64,000 bases of DNA from Octopus vulgaris (Eukaryota): contig OX597842.1 in the NCBI GenBank assembly GCA_951406725.2, positions 19,468,001 to 19,532,000 on the forward strand, read 5' to 3'. The notes beneath the pieces were generated by a model. The model worked only from the letters and a program-made list of their open reading frames with translations, did not search any database and had not been told where the DNA came from. A program made the translations under genes and the position numbers. The stretch's first letter is position 1. Each line of letters begins with the position of its first letter. Below, piece by piece: positions 57,674 through 64,000 of this stretch.

Positions 57674-58740
57674 ATGGAAAATGAATTACGTAGGAGTGAA
57701 GTTGAATGTAAAAGAGAGTCTGAAGAAATTGATTTTTCTGATGAGGAAAAGAATGAAAAGGGCAAAACATCATTTGATTGTGATATCTGTGGCAAGTCGT
57801 TCTCTTGGAAAGCTAAGTTAGTCATTCACGAACGTACTCATACAGGAGAAAAACCATATCACTGTGAAATCTGTGACAAATCGTTTTCTCAAAACAATTC
57901 CTTAACCAAGCACAAGCATGTTCATACAGGAGAAAAACCATATCACTGTGAAATCTGTGGTAAGTCTTTCTCTCAAAGCGAACACTTAACTAGGCACAAG
58001 AGTTGTGTTCATACAGGAGGAAAACCATATCACTGTGATATCTGTGGTAAGTCTTTCTCTCGAAGCGAAAACTTAACTAGGCACAAGAGTTGTGTTCATA
58101 CAGGAGAGAAACCATATCACTGTGAAATCTGTGGTGAATCCTTTTCTCAAAACGATCACTTAACCAATCACAAGCGTGTTCATACGGGAGAAAAACCATA
58201 TCACTGTGAAATCTGTGGTAAATCTTTCTCTCGAAACGAAAGCTTAACGAGGCACAAGAGTGGTGTTCACACAGGAGAGGCACCATATCACTGTGAAATC
58301 TGTGACAAATCTTTTCTCAAAACGATCACTTCACTATGCACAGGCGTGTTCATACAGGAGAAAAACCATATCACTGTGAAATCTGTGGTAAATCTTTCTC
58401 TCGAAACGAAAGCTTAACTAGGCACAGGCGTGTTCATACAGGAGAAAAACCATATCACTGTGAAATCTGTGGTAAATTTTTCTCTGAAAACGGTACCTTG
58501 ACCAAGCACAAGCGTGTTCATACAGGAGAAGAACCATATCACTGTGAAATCTGTGGTAAATCTTTCTCTCGAAACGATCACTTAACCATGCACAGGCGTG
58601 TTCATACAGGAGAAAAACCATATCACTGTGAAATCTGTGGTAAATCTTTCTCTCGAAACGATACCTTAACCAAGCACAAGTGTGTTCATACAGGGGAGAA
58701 GCCATATCATTGTGATATCTCTGGTAAATCATTTTCTTAA
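57674..58740 (+). pseudogene. C2H2 ZNF copy 8 (11 fingers; one frameshift, possibly a sequencing error)
   Basis: TCTTTTCTCAA at ~58310 versus TCTTTTTCTCAA in copy 4; same TAA stop as copy 4. Confidence 0.75.
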
Positions 58741-58764
58741 AATAGTCAGCTGCTTAATCACTGA

Positions 58765-59049
<285 letters not shown>

Positions 59050-59669
59050 TGAGGAATAGATTCATTTCCCAAGTTACAGACATTGTTTATGAGTTTTATT
59101 TTTCAAGCACAACATCCAAATTTTGAAAGTTTCTACTACCATAACAAATGCATCTGTGTCTTACCAAGAAGTTTATAAAACGCAAAAGAATTCTTTTCAG
59201 TAAACAGCTCTAGACTTGTTTCTTGTGAATCAGTGGTCACGTCTACAAATGATGGTGTCCCTGAGTCTTGTGAAAGTGATTCAGAAAACAATTATAATAA
59301 TAATATTTTATCTATTCTAAATGATCTTGACATTGTTTTTGACTTTACATAAAATATTCTTTACATTTTACTGTTGTTTTATTGTCATTTATTTACAAGT
59401 ATTATTAATTTTATTGGTAAAATAATTTTCTGGGAACGAATTACAATTTATAACATTGGTTCTGTGGGAAATTATTGCTTTGCTTTATGAGTTTTCACTT
59501 TAGGAGCAATCTCCAGAAGAAATTAACTCACATATCAAGGCATTATTTTGGCGCAAGGCCAGCAATTTCAGGGGAAGGAGTAAGTTGAATAACCACATGG
59601 ATCAGCATGTGTGCTTTTTACATGAACTAGCACAAATGCTTCTTACAGGGAGTGGCATTGCACGATATA

Positions 59670-60068
59670 TCTATATATATAAAGCTGAAGTTGTCTGTGT
59701 GTGTGGCTGGTTTGGTAGCCCTCAACTAACACTATCTCCTCCGAGACTCTGCGGTGCAAGTTGACCAAAATTGAGAGGATGATTGTTGAAGGATTGCTCT
59801 TCCTTCCATAGAAGAAAAAATTCAAATCGCACCATGTCAACAACAAAAATTATTTAGATCAGAAAGGTGCTTTTTTTTCTATGAAAATCCCAAATTTTTA
59901 CGATTCTTTGACTGCTGTGTCGCCATTTTTCAGTGTATTTCAACCAGAAAACTGTTTACTTTAAGAGAATAACAAGCTACATAATGCAAGATTTTTACTT
60001 TTCAAAAATTCCAATTCTAAAGGGTCAAAAAGAAAACAAATGCGAGCAACACTGGGTGATTCTTGTAG
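59670..60068 (+). mobile_element. Non-autonomous Helitron-like element
   Basis: Near-identical to 283-682. Confidence 0.65.
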
Positions 60069-60943
60069 GATATATATATTTATATATATTTATATGAAGT
60101 TATTATGTTACTTCTCATATATATTTGAAGGCGCATGACTCTCTAATTCCTAATTATCTTGTATGTTTTACACTGTTGTTTCTCTTTCGTTTCAGATTAT
60201 CAGATGACATCTGCTTCACAGGATTTTTACATAAGAAACGTCATTAGAATGGAAAGTCTTTTGAAGACTGAGCAAAGATGTTATACAAAACACGTATAAC
60301 CCTGTTTCTATAAATATTTACTGAATTACTGCAAAATATATCTTCTGAACTCTGACATATATTTTGCAAAATTTCTCTTCTTTATTGTCTGGAATACACA
60401 GAAAATTATATTTGCATATTAATTAATCATTTAGCATTTAAACTAGCACAAATATTCTGACCTCTCACACTGTCCCTGCAGTGTCAATTTAAACGTAAAC
60501 AATCAAATCACTGAAGTCTCAAAGCTATGAGATAATCCATGATTAATTCAAAACAATATGAATAAATAAGCATTACATTTCACAAAGGAATCTCAATGCT
60601 AAACGGTTAAACTGGCCATATTTTTGGGTGTTTTATATTCATACTAGCCAGATCCCACGCCTCACACCCACCCTACAAGGTCATTCTGAAAATAAACAAT
60701 CACAACATTGAAATCTGAACATGATAACATAATGAATGATTAATTCAGAAGAATTTCAACATTCTATTTGACTGATTAATCTGAATGTTAATGAGTTAAA
60801 GCAATTAAGAAGGCAGTTTGCAGCATCTTCAGATATTAACAAAGATCACTTTTGATGGAGATATATCAGTAGAAATATTTGTTAAGAGCAATATACGAGA
60901 AGAAGGAAAACCTTTGTGTACTGTGACAAGAGAAAGGAAAATT

Positions 60944-62222
<1,279 letters not shown>

Positions 62223-62355
62223 TAGCAATGTCATATCTGTGGTAAATTATTTTATGAAAATAGAATCTTAACTAATCAGATACATATTCACACAGATGAG
62301 AAGTCATATCATTGCGGTGTCTGTGGTAAGTCATTCTCTGATGGACCCAGCTTAA

Positions 62356-62577
<222 letters not shown>

Positions 62578-63267
62578 TAAATCTTTCTCTCAAAACGATC
62601 ACTTAACCAAGCACAAGCATGTTCATACAGACAGAGAACACATTTCATGAGGAATAGATTCATTTCCCAAGTTACAGACATTGTTTATGAGTTTTATTTT
62701 CCAAGCACAACATCCAAATTTTGAAAGTTTCTACTACCATAACAAATGCATCTGTGTCTTACCAAGAAGTTTATAAAGAGCAAAGGAATGCTTCTCAGTA
62801 AACAACTCTAGACTTGTTTCTTGTGAATCAGTGGTCACGTCTACAAATGATGGTGTCCCTGAGTCTTTTCAAAGTGATTCAGAAAACAATTAGAATGATC
62901 ATATTTTATCTATTCTAAATGATCTTGACATTGTTTTTGACTTTACATAAAATATTCTTTACATTCTACTGTTGTTTTATTGTCATTTATTTACAAGTAT
63001 TATAAATTTTATTGGTAAAATAATTTTCTAGGAATGAATTACAATTTATAACATTGCTTCTATGGGAAATTATTGCTTTGCTTTATGAGTTTTCACTTTA
63101 GGAGCAATCTCCAGAAGAAATTAACTCACATATCAAGGCATTATTTTGGCGCAAGGCCAGCAATTTCAGGGGAAGGAGTAAGTTGAATAACCACATGGAT
63201 CAGCATGTGTGCTTTTTACATGAACTAGCACAAATGCTTCTTACAGGGAGTGGCATTGCATGATATA

Positions 63268-64000
63268 TCTGTATAAAATAAAGCTGAAGTTGTCTGTGTG
63301 TGTGTGTGTGGCAGGTTTTGTAGCCTTCAACTAACACCATCTCCTAAGAGACCCTGCTGTGCAAGTTGATCAAGTTTGAGAGTATCATAGATAAAGGCTT
63401 GCTCTTCCTTACGTAGAAGAAAAAATTCAAATCGGCCCATGTTAACCCCAAAAATTATTTACATCGAAAAGGTGCTTTTTTACTATGAAAATCCCTATTT
63501 TTTTACGAATTTTTGACTTCTGTGCTGCCACTTTTCTGTGTATTTCAACCAGAAGAATCTTCACTTAAAGAGAATAACAAGCTACATAATGCAAAATTAT
63601 TACTTTTCAAACATTCCAATTCTAAAGGGTCGAAACAAACTCAAGCAACGCCGGGCGATATTGCTAGTAATCTCTCTATATATAAAATTGAGATCTTTCC
63701 GGTTTGAACGGCAGTTTTTAAAAGTAATTTCCACCTAACTAAACACTTTCAAACTTCGTATACTGGTAGAATATGTTTATAAAATGTCTTTTTCTCTTGG
63801 CTTTATTGAGAAAATTCTATGGTTTGTAAAATATTTGTTGTTTTTTTTCTTCAATTTCTGCAATTTCAACCAATCAATGACGTCTATTGAGGTAAAAAAA
63901 AAACATTCTGTGCCGTATGAATATGTCCCTCGTTTAAGAAACAGATTGGGTTTATTTACATTTCTGAAGAAAAAAGATACCCTAACCCTAAAAATGATTG
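63268..64000 (+). mobile_element. Helitron plus second Helitron/MITE (runs off window)
   Basis: Near-identical to 3198-3920 (offset 60070); CTAG|T at 63667 and MITE TIR at 63690. Confidence 0.75.

Overview
AT-rich, repeat-dense eukaryotic DNA. The C2H2 zinc-finger (ZNF) tandem cluster, SINE types and long (TA)n tracts suggest an octopus or other coleoid cephalopod; this is inference, not a database result. Nine same-strand (+) copies of a ZNF unit are present. Each has a single coding exon with a ~33-aa acidic leader (MENEL...[10 protein letters not shown]) and 4-24 TGEKPY-linked fingers, and no KRAB/SCAN/SET domain. Copies 2, 4, 6 and 7 are intact. Copies 1 and 8 have 1-bp homopolymer frameshifts, and copies 3, 5 and 9 have in-frame stops. 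The repeating unit also contains a putative ~115-nt non-coding exon, a strong splice acceptor ~750 nt before the ATG, TTAA MITEs in the 5' UTR, a vestigial finger tail in the 3' UTR and a downstream non-autonomous Helitron. Notable observations: an inverted ZNF fragment in the putative intron of three copies, able to fold back onto the coding exon; promoter-less ZNF cassettes fused behind other copies; a 253-bp GC-rich insertion with promoter motifs and a splice donor upstream of copies 6 and 7; a 5S rRNA-derived sequence inside three units; two hammerhead-ribozyme motifs in Penelope-like debris; and mosaic segmental duplication. Gene structures come from motifs alone, with no expression evidence. 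Most short ORFs in the supplied track are repeat or antisense artefacts.
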